DNA from: Alphaproteobacteria bacterium
Lineage (GTDB): Bacteria; Pseudomonadota; Alphaproteobacteria; CACIAM-22H2
NCBI GenBank assembly: GCA_016124335.1
Contig: WGNX01000003.1
Span: 6,747-70,746, forward strand
DNA: 64,000 nt
Reading direction: 5' to 3'
Shown here piece by piece: positions 27,151 to 35,886 of this stretch. Both the position numbers and the translations under genes were made by a program. The stretch's first letter is position 1. Each line of letters begins with the position of its first letter. The notes under the pieces are model-generated. The model had not been told where the DNA came from, ran no database searches, and was given only the letters and a program-made list of their open reading frames with translations.

Positions 27151-28352
27151 ATCTGGACGCATATACCCGGCACGAGCGCGTCAAAGTCAGCGGCGTCGAA
27201 GACGGTCCGCTGCGCGGAACGGTGTTTTCGGCCAAGGACAATTTTGACGTCGCCGGCCACCGCACCAGTGCCGGAAATCCGACATGGCTGCAGACGCATA
27301 ACAAGGCCATACGGACAGCACCCGCCGTCCAGACCTTGCTCGACGCAGGCTCGACGCTTCTGGGCAAGACGCTGATGGACGAGCTTGCCTATGGGCTTAC
27401 CGGGCGAAACGTTCACTATGGCACCCCACTCAACCCCGCCGCTCCTGAACGCGTGCCGGGCGGATCGTCTTCGGGGTCAGCATCGGCAGTCGCCGGCCGC
27501 GCCTGTGACTTTGCGATCGGGACGGACACGGGCGGCTCTGTGCGCGTGCCGGCCAGCTATTGCGGGCTTTTCGGCATGCGCCCCACGCACGGCCGGATCT
27601 CGACCGAGGGCGTCGTGCCCTTGGCGCCGTCATTCGATGCCGTCGGCTGGTTCGCGCGCGATGCCGAACTGCTGGAGCGCGTCGGACGGGCGATGCTCGA
27701 TGAGAGTACGGAACTGGCCGAACCGGCCAGGCTGCTTGTTGCCGTCGATGCGTTGCACTTCACGGATGCGGAAGTCCATCAGGCAATGCTTCCGTGGATC
27801 GGCCGGGCACGATCCTTCTTTGACGAGACGCACGACGTCGAGGTCGCGGGCCCGGCCATCGCCGATTGGGTCGACACGTTCCGCTACCTGTCCGCCGCCG
27901 AAGCATGGGCGTGCCATGGCGAATGGCTTTCGTCGGTCACGGCCAAACTGGCGCCGGACGTCGCATCGCGGTTCGATTTCGGGCGGCGCGTCGATGCCGC
28001 GACGGTCGCGGAGCGCAAACAGAAGCGCGATGCCGTTCGCGCCCACATGTCGGCCCTGATGACGCCCGGGACAATCCTCTGCCTGCCGACCGCCGCGACG
28101 CCTGCGCCACTGCTCGACGCCGATGAGGCCACCTTAGACCGCGTGCGTCAGCGCACTCTGCCACTCACCTGCATTGCCGGGCTGGCGGGCCTGCCGCAGA
28201 TCACGCTTCCCGCCGGCTTCGCCGATGAAGCGCCCGTCGGCATTTCTTTCGTCGGCCCGGTCGGCGAGGACGCGATGCTGCTCAATTTCGTCCGCATCCT
28301 CACAACGCCAGCCCCGACGGAGCCACCTGCAGATGCCGCCCCGCAACGCTAA
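27147..28352 (+). CDS. compact amidase-signature enzyme (AMI1-like architecture), substrate unknown
   Basis: Inner ATG giving an ATGA overlap with the atzF stop. 401 aa; 'GTVFSAKDNFDVAG' very near the N-terminus; 'GGSSSGSASAVAGRACDFAIGTDTGGSVRVPA'. Confidence 0.85.
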   Translation: MNLDAYTRHERVKVSGVEDGPLRGTVFSAKDNFDVAGHRTSAGNPTWLQTHNKAIRTAPAVQTLLDAGSTLLGKTLMDELAYGLTGRNVHYGTPLNPAAPERVPGGSSSGSASAVAGRACDFAIGTDTGGSVRVPASYCGLFGMRPTHGRISTEGVVPLAPSFDAVGWFARDAELLERVGRAMLDESTELAEPARLLVAVDALHFTDAEVHQAMLPWIGRARSFFDETHDVEVAGPAIADWVDTFRYLSAAEAWACHGEWLSSVTAKLAPDVASRFDFGRRVDAATVAERKQKRDAVRAHMSALMTPGTILCLPTAATPAPLLDADEATLDRVRQRTLPLTCIAGLAGLPQITLPAGFADEAPVGISFVGPVGEDAMLLNFVRILTTPAPTEPPADAAPQR

Positions 28353-29259
28353 GAAGGCCGCCTATCCGCGCGATCTGGTCGGTTACGGGCGCAATCCGCC
28401 GCACGCCGCCTGGCCGAACGGCGCGCGCATCGCGGTTTCATTCGTCGTCAACTACGAGGAAGGCGGCGAGCGCTCCGTCCTGCATGGCGACAAGGAATCC
28501 GAAGTCTACCTGCAAGAAGTCGTCGGGCTCGTCCCCCGTCCGAAGCGACGCGACGAAAGCACCGAAAGCGTCTACGAATATGGTAGCCGGGCGGGCTTCT
28601 GGCGCATCCTTCGCGAATTCGAACAGCGCCGCCTGCCCTTCACGTCATGGGCGGTGGGCATGGCACTGTCCCGCCATCCCGAAGCCGGACGTGCGATGGC
28701 AGAAGGCGGCCACGAAGTGGCCAGCCATGGCTGGCGCTGGATCGATTACCAGAAAATGCCCGTCGCCGAAGAACGCAAGCACTTCCGCCTCGCCATCGAC
28801 ACGATCGCGAAGGTCGCGGGCACGCCGCCCGTCGGCTGGTACACCGGCCGCAATTCGCCCAACACGCGGGCGCTGGCGGTCGAGTTCGGCATGCTCTATT
28901 CGAGCGACGCCTACAACGACGACCTTCCCTATTGGACGCGCGAGCGCGGCAAGGGCCATCTGGTCATTCCCTACACGCTCGACGTCAACGATATGAAATT
29001 CGGTACCGCGCAGGGCTTCAACACGGGCGAGGACTGGTTCGCGTATGCACGCGACGCATTCGACGTTCTCTACGCCGAAGGCGCGCAGACACCCAAGATG
29101 ATGTCGATCGGCCTGCATCTGCGCCTGATCGGGCGGCCGGGCCGTTTCCGGGCCCTTCAGCGTTTCATCGACCACGTGGAAAAGCACGACCGGGTCTGGG
29201 TCGCACGGCGGATGGACATCGCGCGACACTGGATCAAGACCCACCCGTACGGGGGCTAG
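28333..29259 (+). CDS. puuE: allantoinase PuuE (polysaccharide-deacetylase fold)
   Basis: Inner ATG (MPPRNAKK...), 308 aa; 'SFVVNYEEGGE', 'ASHGWRWIDY'; 20-nt overlap with the amidase 3' end. Confidence 0.85.
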   Translation: MPPRNAKKAAYPRDLVGYGRNPPHAAWPNGARIAVSFVVNYEEGGERSVLHGDKESEVYLQEVVGLVPRPKRRDESTESVYEYGSRAGFWRILREFEQRRLPFTSWAVGMALSRHPEAGRAMAEGGHEVASHGWRWIDYQKMPVAEERKHFRLAIDTIAKVAGTPPVGWYTGRNSPNTRALAVEFGMLYSSDAYNDDLPYWTRERGKGHLVIPYTLDVNDMKFGTAQGFNTGEDWFAYARDAFDVLYAEGAQTPKMMSIGLHLRLIGRPGRFRALQRFIDHVEKHDRVWVARRMDIARHWIKTHPYGG

Positions 29260-29263
29260 CGGC

Positions 29264-29908
29264 TTGGCGAATTTCGCCGATTATTCACGCTTCGTCGTCA
29301 CGCTGCTGGCGATCCTGACGCCGTTTGCGGCGATCCCGGTATTCCTTGCACTGACCAGCGGGCAGGATGATCGGTTCCGCGCACGCACCGCCGACATGGC
29401 CGCCACGACGGTGTTCATCGTCCTCGTGGTCTCGGCGCTGACCGGCGACGTGCTGCTGCGCATTCTCGGCACCAGCCTCGACGCGTTCCGCGTGGGCGGC
29501 GGCATCGTGCTGTTCCTGATGAGCCTGTCGATGTTGAACGCCCGGGTATCGGCCGTCCAGCAGACTCCGGAAGAAGCCGACGAAGCCGGGCAGAAATCGG
29601 CACTTGGCGTCGTCCCGATCGGCATTCCGCTTCTGGTCGGGCCCGGCTCGATCTCCTCGACGATCATCGAGACGCGACGAAATCCGGAATTCGCGCATCT
29701 TGCCGCCGTTGTCGTATGCATCGGGCTGGTGTGCCTGGTCGTGTGGATCACGCTGCGGCTCGCCGACCCGATCGGCCGCCAGCTCGGGCGGACCGGGCTC
29801 AACATCCTCAACCGGATCTTCGGGCTGCTGCTTGCGGCAATTGCCGTCCAGATCGTGTCGGTCGGCCTAGTCGGCCTGTTTCCCGCCCTCGCGGGCCTGC
29901 GCACGTAG
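29264..29908 (+). CDS. MarC-family (UPF0056) integral membrane protein
   Basis: 214 aa, 6 TM; TTG start; 'LLAILTPFAAIPVFLALT'. Confidence 0.8.
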   Translation: MANFADYSRFVVTLLAILTPFAAIPVFLALTSGQDDRFRARTADMAATTVFIVLVVSALTGDVLLRILGTSLDAFRVGGGIVLFLMSLSMLNARVSAVQQTPEEADEAGQKSALGVVPIGIPLLVGPGSISSTIIETRRNPEFAHLAAVVVCIGLVCLVVWITLRLADPIGRQLGRTGLNILNRIFGLLLAAIAVQIVSVGLVGLFPALAGLRT

Positions 29909-31306
29909 AGCGAAGCGCTGGACCTTTCCCATCGCGTTTCGCGGTAACGCCTCGCAGAAACGGAAGGCCTTCGGCCACTTGAACCGCGCAAGGCGGCCTT
30001 CCAGATGCCGTTTTAAGGCCGACTCGTCTGTTTTGGCCCCGTTGCGTGACACCACGAAGGCAACCGGCACCTCGCCCCAGCGCGCGTCGGGCGCCGCGAC
30101 GACCGCGCAATCGGAAACCCAATCGACCTCGGACAGCGCCGCCTCGATCTCGGCCGGATAGATGTTCTCGCCGCCGGATATGATCATGTCTTTCTTCCGC
30201 TCGACGACCCACCAGTTGCCGGCCGGATCGACGCGGCCGAGATCGCCGGTGCGAAACCAGCCGTCGACGAAGCTTTCGCGCGTCGCCTCGGGATTTCGCC
30301 AATAGCCCATCGCCACGTTGGGGCCCTTCACGAGGATCTCGCCCTCGTCGAGCCGGACCTCGCAATGCAGCGCCGGCTGCCCCGTCGAGCCTTCGGCGGC
30401 CATTGCGTCGCGGCACTTCTGGTAGATCGCGATCGGCCCCGTTTCGGTGGCGCCATACACCTGGGCGACCGGAACGCCGCGCGCGTGAAAGGCACGGATG
30501 AGATCGACCGGCACGACAGAGGAACCGGCACCCACCATGCGCAGGCTGGAAAGATCGCACGCCGCCCAGCGCGGATGTTCGATCATCGCCTTCATGACCG
30601 CGGGCACGACGAGCGAAAGCGTCGGCCGTTCGGCCTCGATCGCATCAAGCGCGTCGGCGGGCTCGAACCGCCGACGGAGAACGACTTCGGCCCCAAGTGC
30701 AAGGGCCGGCAGCGTCTGGATGTTGAGCCCGCCGACATGGAACATCGGCAGGAACGTCAGGATCCGGTCCGCTGCCGTCATGTCGTGCATATGCTGGCTG
30801 TTGACCGCGTTCCAGGCGAGTGCCTCCTGCGTGAGGATCGCCCCTTTTGCCCGGCCGGTCGTGCCCGAGGTGTAAACGAGGAGCACCGGATCGGCCGGCG
30901 AACCGGCCGACATCAGATCGCCACCTTGCGCGTCGATTTCCTCAAGCCACAGCGGTGAGCGACCTTCCGCGGCGGCGGCCAACGCGCGCTCGCAAATGAA
31001 TTGTCGCGGTTCGGCGTCGTCGAGAATCTGGGCGATTTCGGCTGGCGCCAGACGCCAGTTGAGCGGGACAAGCATTGCCCCCAGTCGCGCACAGGCGAAC
31101 AGCAGCGCCAGATAGTCCGGATTGTTGGTCGACAGCAGGGCCACGCGCTCGCCGTGTCCGACGCCGTTTGCCGACAGCCACGATGCAAGCGCACGGACGC
31201 GCGCATCCAGTTCGGAATAGGAAATCGAGCGCCCGTCGAACCGCAACGCGACCGCATCCGGCGTTCGGCACGCGTGCCGTTCGATCCAGACGGCGAGGTC
31301 CCTCAT
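29867..31306 (-). CDS. AMP-dependent acyl-CoA synthetase/ligase (short, about 479 aa)
   Basis: Inner ATG (MRDLAVWIERH...) giving an ATGA overlap with the upstream stop. 'LLVYTSGTTGRAKGA', 'ISGGENIYPAEIE', 'LPRNAMGKVQRF'. Confidence 0.88.
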   Translation of the reverse strand: MRDLAVWIERHACRTPDAVALRFDGRSISYSELDARVRALASWLSANGVGHGERVALLSTNNPDYLALLFACARLGAMLVPLNWRLAPAEIAQILDDAEPRQFICERALAAAAEGRSPLWLEEIDAQGGDLMSAGSPADPVLLVYTSGTTGRAKGAILTQEALAWNAVNSQHMHDMTAADRILTFLPMFHVGGLNIQTLPALALGAEVVLRRRFEPADALDAIEAERPTLSLVVPAVMKAMIEHPRWAACDLSSLRMVGAGSSVVPVDLIRAFHARGVPVAQVYGATETGPIAIYQKCRDAMAAEGSTGQPALHCEVRLDEGEILVKGPNVAMGYWRNPEATRESFVDGWFRTGDLGRVDPAGNWWVVERKKDMIISGGENIYPAEIEAALSEVDWVSDCAVVAAPDARWGEVPVAFVVSRNGAKTDESALKRHLEGRLARFKWPKAFRFCEALPRNAMGKVQRFALRAQAREGGKQAD

Positions 31307-32493
31307 TCGTCGGTTTCGCCGGCTTCGTAGAGCGTCTCGCGTCCGAGGCGATCGAGGCAGAGTTCCGCCGTCCACGGCAGCATCAACGATCCGCACCGGC
31401 TGTCGCGATAGAGCCGTTCGAGCGGCAGCGACTTCAACATCGACTGGCCGCCGCACGTCCGGATCGCCAGCCGGCAAAGATCGTTCGCGTTTTCCATGAT
31501 CGTATATTGTGTCGCGTAAGCGTCGAGGCGCTCACGCTTGGACGGATTCACTTTCGCGGCGTCGATCGTGCGTTCGAACAGGGCGCGGGTCTGCGAGAGC
31601 TTGATATACATCTCGGCGACAGCGATCTGCTTGGTCGGATACATGCGCCGCCTGATCGGCGGCTGGCCCGGCGTTTCGCCACGCAGGTACTGGACCGTGA
31701 AATCATAGGCCGCCTGCGCGATCCCCATATAGGTCGGCGAAAGCGTCATGAACATGTGCGGCCAGGCCGAAGCGGCCTTGAAATAGACGCCGCGCGGCAG
31801 AAGCTGCGCATCGTCCGGTACGAAAATGTCCTTGAGGATCAGCGTGCGCGAAACGGTGCCGCGCATGCCGAGCGGATCCCAGTCCCCGGTCACGGTCAGG
31901 CCCGGCGCGTCCTTCGGGATCGCGAGATAGAGCGTGTCGCGCATCGAGCGTTCCGGCCGATCCTCGGTGCACAAGATCCCGTAATAGTCCGCGGCACCCG
32001 ACAGCGAGGCAAATATCTTCTTGCCGTTGACGAGCCAGCCACCCTCGGCCTTTTTCGCGAGCGTTCCGAACGGCGCCTTACCGGCCGCGGCTGCCGATCC
32101 CTCGGAGAAGGGCTGCGCGTAGATCGCGCCATCCTTGATGATTCGTTGGTAGTGAACCGTACGCAGTTTTTCCAGTTCCTCGCGCTGTTCGGCCGACAGG
32201 TCGAGATCGTCAGCAAGCGGGCCTGTCCACAGCGCCGAACAGGCATGCATGTTGAACGTCAGCGCCGTTGCTCCGCACCAGCGGCCCATCTCGGCGGCGA
32301 CCCGGCAATAGGTCGCGAAATCGGCGCCGAGACCGCCGTATCGCTTGGGCACACAAAGGCCCAGCAAGCCCTCGGCACGCAGATCGTCGTAATTTTCGAA
32401 CGGAAACCGGGCATCGCGATCGTATTGCTCGGCGCGTGGCGCGAACTTCTCCTGCCCCAGCCGCGCGACACGCGCGATCAGATCGTCAAGCAT
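31303..32493 (-). CDS. acyl-CoA-dehydrogenase-fold flavoprotein lacking the canonical YEG catalytic-Glu motif
   Basis: Inner ATG (MLDDLIARV...), 396 aa. ACAD-like N-, middle and C-domains. By eye, the region equivalent to 'IYEGT' reads 'DSRCGS'. Confidence 0.8.
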   Translation of the reverse strand: MLDDLIARVARLGQEKFAPRAEQYDRDARFPFENYDDLRAEGLLGLCVPKRYGGLGADFATYCRVAAEMGRWCGATALTFNMHACSALWTGPLADDLDLSAEQREELEKLRTVHYQRIIKDGAIYAQPFSEGSAAAAGKAPFGTLAKKAEGGWLVNGKKIFASLSGAADYYGILCTEDRPERSMRDTLYLAIPKDAPGLTVTGDWDPLGMRGTVSRTLILKDIFVPDDAQLLPRGVYFKAASAWPHMFMTLSPTYMGIAQAAYDFTVQYLRGETPGQPPIRRRMYPTKQIAVAEMYIKLSQTRALFERTIDAAKVNPSKRERLDAYATQYTIMENANDLCRLAIRTCGGQSMLKSLPLERLYRDSRCGSLMLPWTAELCLDRLGRETLYEAGETDE

Positions 32494-33280
32494 GGTGCCC
32501 CTCAATCTTCCGCAAGAAGCCGAGCACGGCCGCATCGAATGCGTCCGGGTCTTCGATATTGGCGAGATGCCCCCGCCCCGCAAGGACGACGAACTCGGAA
32601 CCGGCAATCTTCGCGGCCATCTTTTCCATCATCGGCGCAGGCGCATTGGTGTCGCGCTCGCCCGCCAGCAGCAGAGTCGGGCACGTGATTTTCGGAAGGT
32701 CCGCACGTCCGTCGAACGTGACGATCAGCCGGATCGCGGTGGCAAAGGCCTGCACGGGCACCTGCCCGACGCAGGCCTGGGCGAAGTCCCGCGCGGCCCT
32801 GGGTGTGCCGGGTCCGACAAGGCTTTCAACCGTGGCTTCGGCAAGATCGGCAAGCGTCTTCCCGGATTCAAGCGGGGCAAGCCGCTGACGCACGAATTCG
32901 CGCTGCCATTCGCCATCCGGCTTGCCGAAGGCGGGGCTTGTCGCGGAAAGGATCAGCGAGCGCACACGCTGTGGATATCGAGCCACGAAGGCTTGCGCGA
33001 CCATCCCGCCGATCGAATGACCGAGAACATGCGCGGCGTCGACGCGCTGTTCGTCGAGCATGCGCGCGAGCGCATCGGCAAGTGCAGGCCAGTCAAGCGG
33101 GTCAAGATGCGGCGAACAGCCGTAACCCGGCATATCCCACGCAAGCACGCGATGGTGTTTTGCCATCCGGATCGATTGCGGGCGAAACGCGCGATGGTCA
33201 GTTCCCACGCCGTGAAGGAGGACGAGCGGGCTTCCTGTGCCGGTCGCATAGACCGCCGGGACGACGGGGCCAGAGGGCAT
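32486..33280 (-). CDS. alpha/beta-fold hydrolase
   Basis: 'LVLLHGVG', nucleophile elbow 'VLGHSIGGMVA'. Start uncertain: 33280 (MPSGPVV) preferred over 33334, whose ATG overlaps the divergent marR ATG (CATG). Confidence 0.82.
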   Translation of the reverse strand: MPSGPVVPAVYATGTGSPLVLLHGVGTDHRAFRPQSIRMAKHHRVLAWDMPGYGCSPHLDPLDWPALADALARMLDEQRVDAAHVLGHSIGGMVAQAFVARYPQRVRSLILSATSPAFGKPDGEWQREFVRQRLAPLESGKTLADLAEATVESLVGPGTPRAARDFAQACVGQVPVQAFATAIRLIVTFDGRADLPKITCPTLLLAGERDTNAPAPMMEKMAAKIAGSEFVVLAGRGHLANIEDPDAFDAAVLGFLRKIEGHHA

Positions 33281-33332
33281 GATTTGAGCATACAGCCATT
33301 GCCGATTGCATGAAAAGGCATAGAATTCGTCC

Positions 33333-33764
33333 ATGCGGCGGTTCGTCGACGACTATCTTGCGTATCTTCTGGCCGCGGCAAGCGCGCACGTTTCGGCCGA
33401 TTTTCACAAGCAATTGCGCCCCTCCGGCCTTTCCGTCCCAAAATGGCGCGTTCTCGCGACCCTCAGCGATGGCCGCCCCATGAGCATCGGCGAACTTGCC
33501 CGGATCGTGCTGCTTCAGCAGCCGACCGTGACGAAACTGGCCTACCGGATGGCGCGTGTAGGACTTGTAACGTTGGCCTCCGATCCGGCCGACCGGCGCC
33601 GGACGCTCGTGCGCATCGCACCGGCCGGGGCAGGCGCGGTAAAGCCGCTGCTGCGGCGCGCCAAGGCGCACGAACGGCGCTGTCTGTCCTCCTATTCGAC
33701 GGTCGAAGTCGCTAAAGTGAAGGAAATTCTGAAGGACCTTCTCCGCCGGAGCGCGCCGCAATGA
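33333..33764 (+). CDS. MarR-family transcriptional regulator
   Basis: 143 aa; 'VPKWRVLATLSDGRPMSIGELARIVLLQQPTVTKLAYRMARVGLV...DRRRTLVRI'. Confidence 0.9.
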   Translation: MRRFVDDYLAYLLAAASAHVSADFHKQLRPSGLSVPKWRVLATLSDGRPMSIGELARIVLLQQPTVTKLAYRMARVGLVTLASDPADRRRTLVRIAPAGAGAVKPLLRRAKAHERRCLSSYSTVEVAKVKEILKDLLRRSAPQ

Positions 33765-35329
33765 TCCGTCACCCACACAGCATTCAGAACCTGCAAATTC
33801 GCAAACCCGGCGCCGGCACGGCAATCGGCGGTGTCGTCACCGGCCAGTCGCACGTTGCGATGGAAGTCGCCGCAGGCGTGCTGGCGCAGGGTGGGAACGC
33901 GGTGGATGCCGCGGTTTCGGCGGCCTTCGCGATGAGCGCGGTCGAACCGTGGAACAGCGGTATCGGGGGCATCGGGTTCCTGATGTTCCGCCCGGCTGAT
34001 ACCGGCAAGGTCGCCGTTGTCGATTTCGGGCCGCAGGCACCGGCCGCACTCAATCCCGCCCATTTCCCGCTCACCGGCCGCAAGGGCGGGGATCTGTTCG
34101 GGTGGCCGGAGGTCGAGGGCAACCGGAATGTCCACGGCGCGCTTTCCGTCGCTGTTCCGGGGCAGGTCGCGGGGCTTTCGATCGCGCTCGACCGGTTCGG
34201 CACCTACGCCTGGGAAGCCGTCCTTGAGCCGGCCGCGCAACTTGCCGACCGCGGCCTGCCGGTCGATTTCTGGTCGACACTGAAAATCGCGGCCGGGGCG
34301 CGCGACCTGCAGCGTTACCCCTCCTCGCGCGATATCTATCTGCCGGGCGGACTGCCGCCGAGCGCCGATAGTGGCGCGCCACAGGCCTTCCTGGCGATGG
34401 GCAACCTCGCCGCGACGATCCGGCGCCTGCAGCTGAAGGGACCGGGCGATTTCTACCATGGCGCCCTTGCGGCGGACATCGCCGAAGACGTGCAGGCGCT
34501 TGGTGGCGTGCTCGCACGCAAGGATCTCGAAGCCTACGAGGCACGGATCGTCGAGCCGCATCTTGCCCGCTATCGGGGTGCGGAACTGGCCTGTGCACCG
34601 ACCGGAACCGCCGGGCCGACGCTTGCACGCTTCCTCGAACTCGTCGAGCCGGTCCTGTTCCGGCCCTATGGCGCCGATGCCGCAAGTTTCGTCGCCTATG
34701 CCGACGCGCTGCGGCGCGCCTACACCGAGCGGCTTGCCGGAACGCCGGCTGGCGAAGGACCGGCCACCAGCACCACGCATCTCAACGTCGTCGACCGGCA
34801 CGGCAACATGGTCGCACTGACCCAGACGCTTCTGTCGTCGTTCGGCAGCCGGCTCGTGCTTCCCCGCACCGGCATCCTGATGAACAACGGGATCATGTGG
34901 TTCGACCCGCGGCCGGGCCGGCCCAACTCGATTGCGCCGGGCAAGCGGCCGTTGACGAACATGTGCCCGACGATCGTTTCGAAGGATGGGAAAGGCTGGA
35001 TTGCGATCGGCGCTTCCGGCGGCAGGCGCATTCTTCCGGCCGTGGCGCAGATCATGTCATTCGTGATCGATCACGGAATGGACCTGCAGACGGCGTTCCA
35101 CCAACCGCGCATCGACGCATCGGGCGGCGACACGGTGGAATACGACCCACGCCTGCCCATCGACGTGCAAACGGCACTTGCCGCACGCTTCCCGGTCAAA
35201 CCGAGCGAGCACACGATCTATCCTTCCAGCTATGCATGCCCCTCGGCCATCCTGATCGATCCGGCGACCGGCGGGCGTACCGGCATGTCCGACGTCATGA
35301 GCCCCTGGTCCGCTTCGATCGCGGTCTGA
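33761..35329 (+). CDS. gamma-glutamyltransferase-family Ntn hydrolase, no signal peptide (cytoplasmic)
   Basis: 522 aa; autoprocessing Thr region 'ATSTTHLNVVD'; ATGA overlap with the marR stop. Confidence 0.88.
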   Translation: MIRHPHSIQNLQIRKPGAGTAIGGVVTGQSHVAMEVAAGVLAQGGNAVDAAVSAAFAMSAVEPWNSGIGGIGFLMFRPADTGKVAVVDFGPQAPAALNPAHFPLTGRKGGDLFGWPEVEGNRNVHGALSVAVPGQVAGLSIALDRFGTYAWEAVLEPAAQLADRGLPVDFWSTLKIAAGARDLQRYPSSRDIYLPGGLPPSADSGAPQAFLAMGNLAATIRRLQLKGPGDFYHGALAADIAEDVQALGGVLARKDLEAYEARIVEPHLARYRGAELACAPTGTAGPTLARFLELVEPVLFRPYGADAASFVAYADALRRAYTERLAGTPAGEGPATSTTHLNVVDRHGNMVALTQTLLSSFGSRLVLPRTGILMNNGIMWFDPRPGRPNSIAPGKRPLTNMCPTIVSKDGKGWIAIGASGGRRILPAVAQIMSFVIDHGMDLQTAFHQPRIDASGGDTVEYDPRLPIDVQTALAARFPVKPSEHTIYPSSYACPSAILIDPATGGRTGMSDVMSPWSASIAV

Positions 35330-35334
35330 GCCCG

Positions 35335-35886
35335 ATGGAAAAGCTGCGCCTCTGGAAAACGCTCGCCTCGCGCGAGGTCTATGCATCGCCGCCGTGGATC
35401 CAGGTCATCGACGATCGGGTCGAGCTGCCCGACGGGCGCATCGTCGAGAGTTTCCATCGCGTGCTTTTGCCCGACTATTCGATGCTGTTTCCGGTCCTTG
35501 CCGACGGCCGCGTTCTGGCGATCCGCAGCTACCGGCACGGCGCGGGCGAAATCGTCACGGGCTTTCCGGGCGGCGGCATCGACAAGGGCGAAACGCCCGA
35601 GCAGGCGGCCCGGCGCGAACTCCTGGAAGAAACGGGTCATTCGCCCGAAAGGCTCGTCCCGCTCGGTTCGTACATCAGCGGGGCAAATGTCCGGGGCTCG
35701 AAGTGCCACATGTTCCTTGCCTTCGGTTGCCTGCAGGTCGCCGAACCGGATTCAGGCGATCTGGAGGAACAGGAAATCCTGAAACTCGAGCGCGACGAAA
35801 TCGAACGGTTGCTCCGCGAGAACCGGTTCCATGTCGTCGCCCACGCGGCAATCGCCGCGCGCGCCTTGCTGGAATGGCCGGCCTAG
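35335..35886 (+). CDS. NUDIX hydrolase
   Basis: Inner ATG (MEKLRLWK...) of over-extended track ORF 34897..35886; Nudix box 'GGGIDKGETPEQAARRELLEETG'. Confidence 0.88.
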   Translation: MEKLRLWKTLASREVYASPPWIQVIDDRVELPDGRIVESFHRVLLPDYSMLFPVLADGRVLAIRSYRHGAGEIVTGFPGGGIDKGETPEQAARRELLEETGHSPERLVPLGSYISGANVRGSKCHMFLAFGCLQVAEPDSGDLEEQEILKLERDEIERLLRENRFHVVAHAAIAARALLEWPA

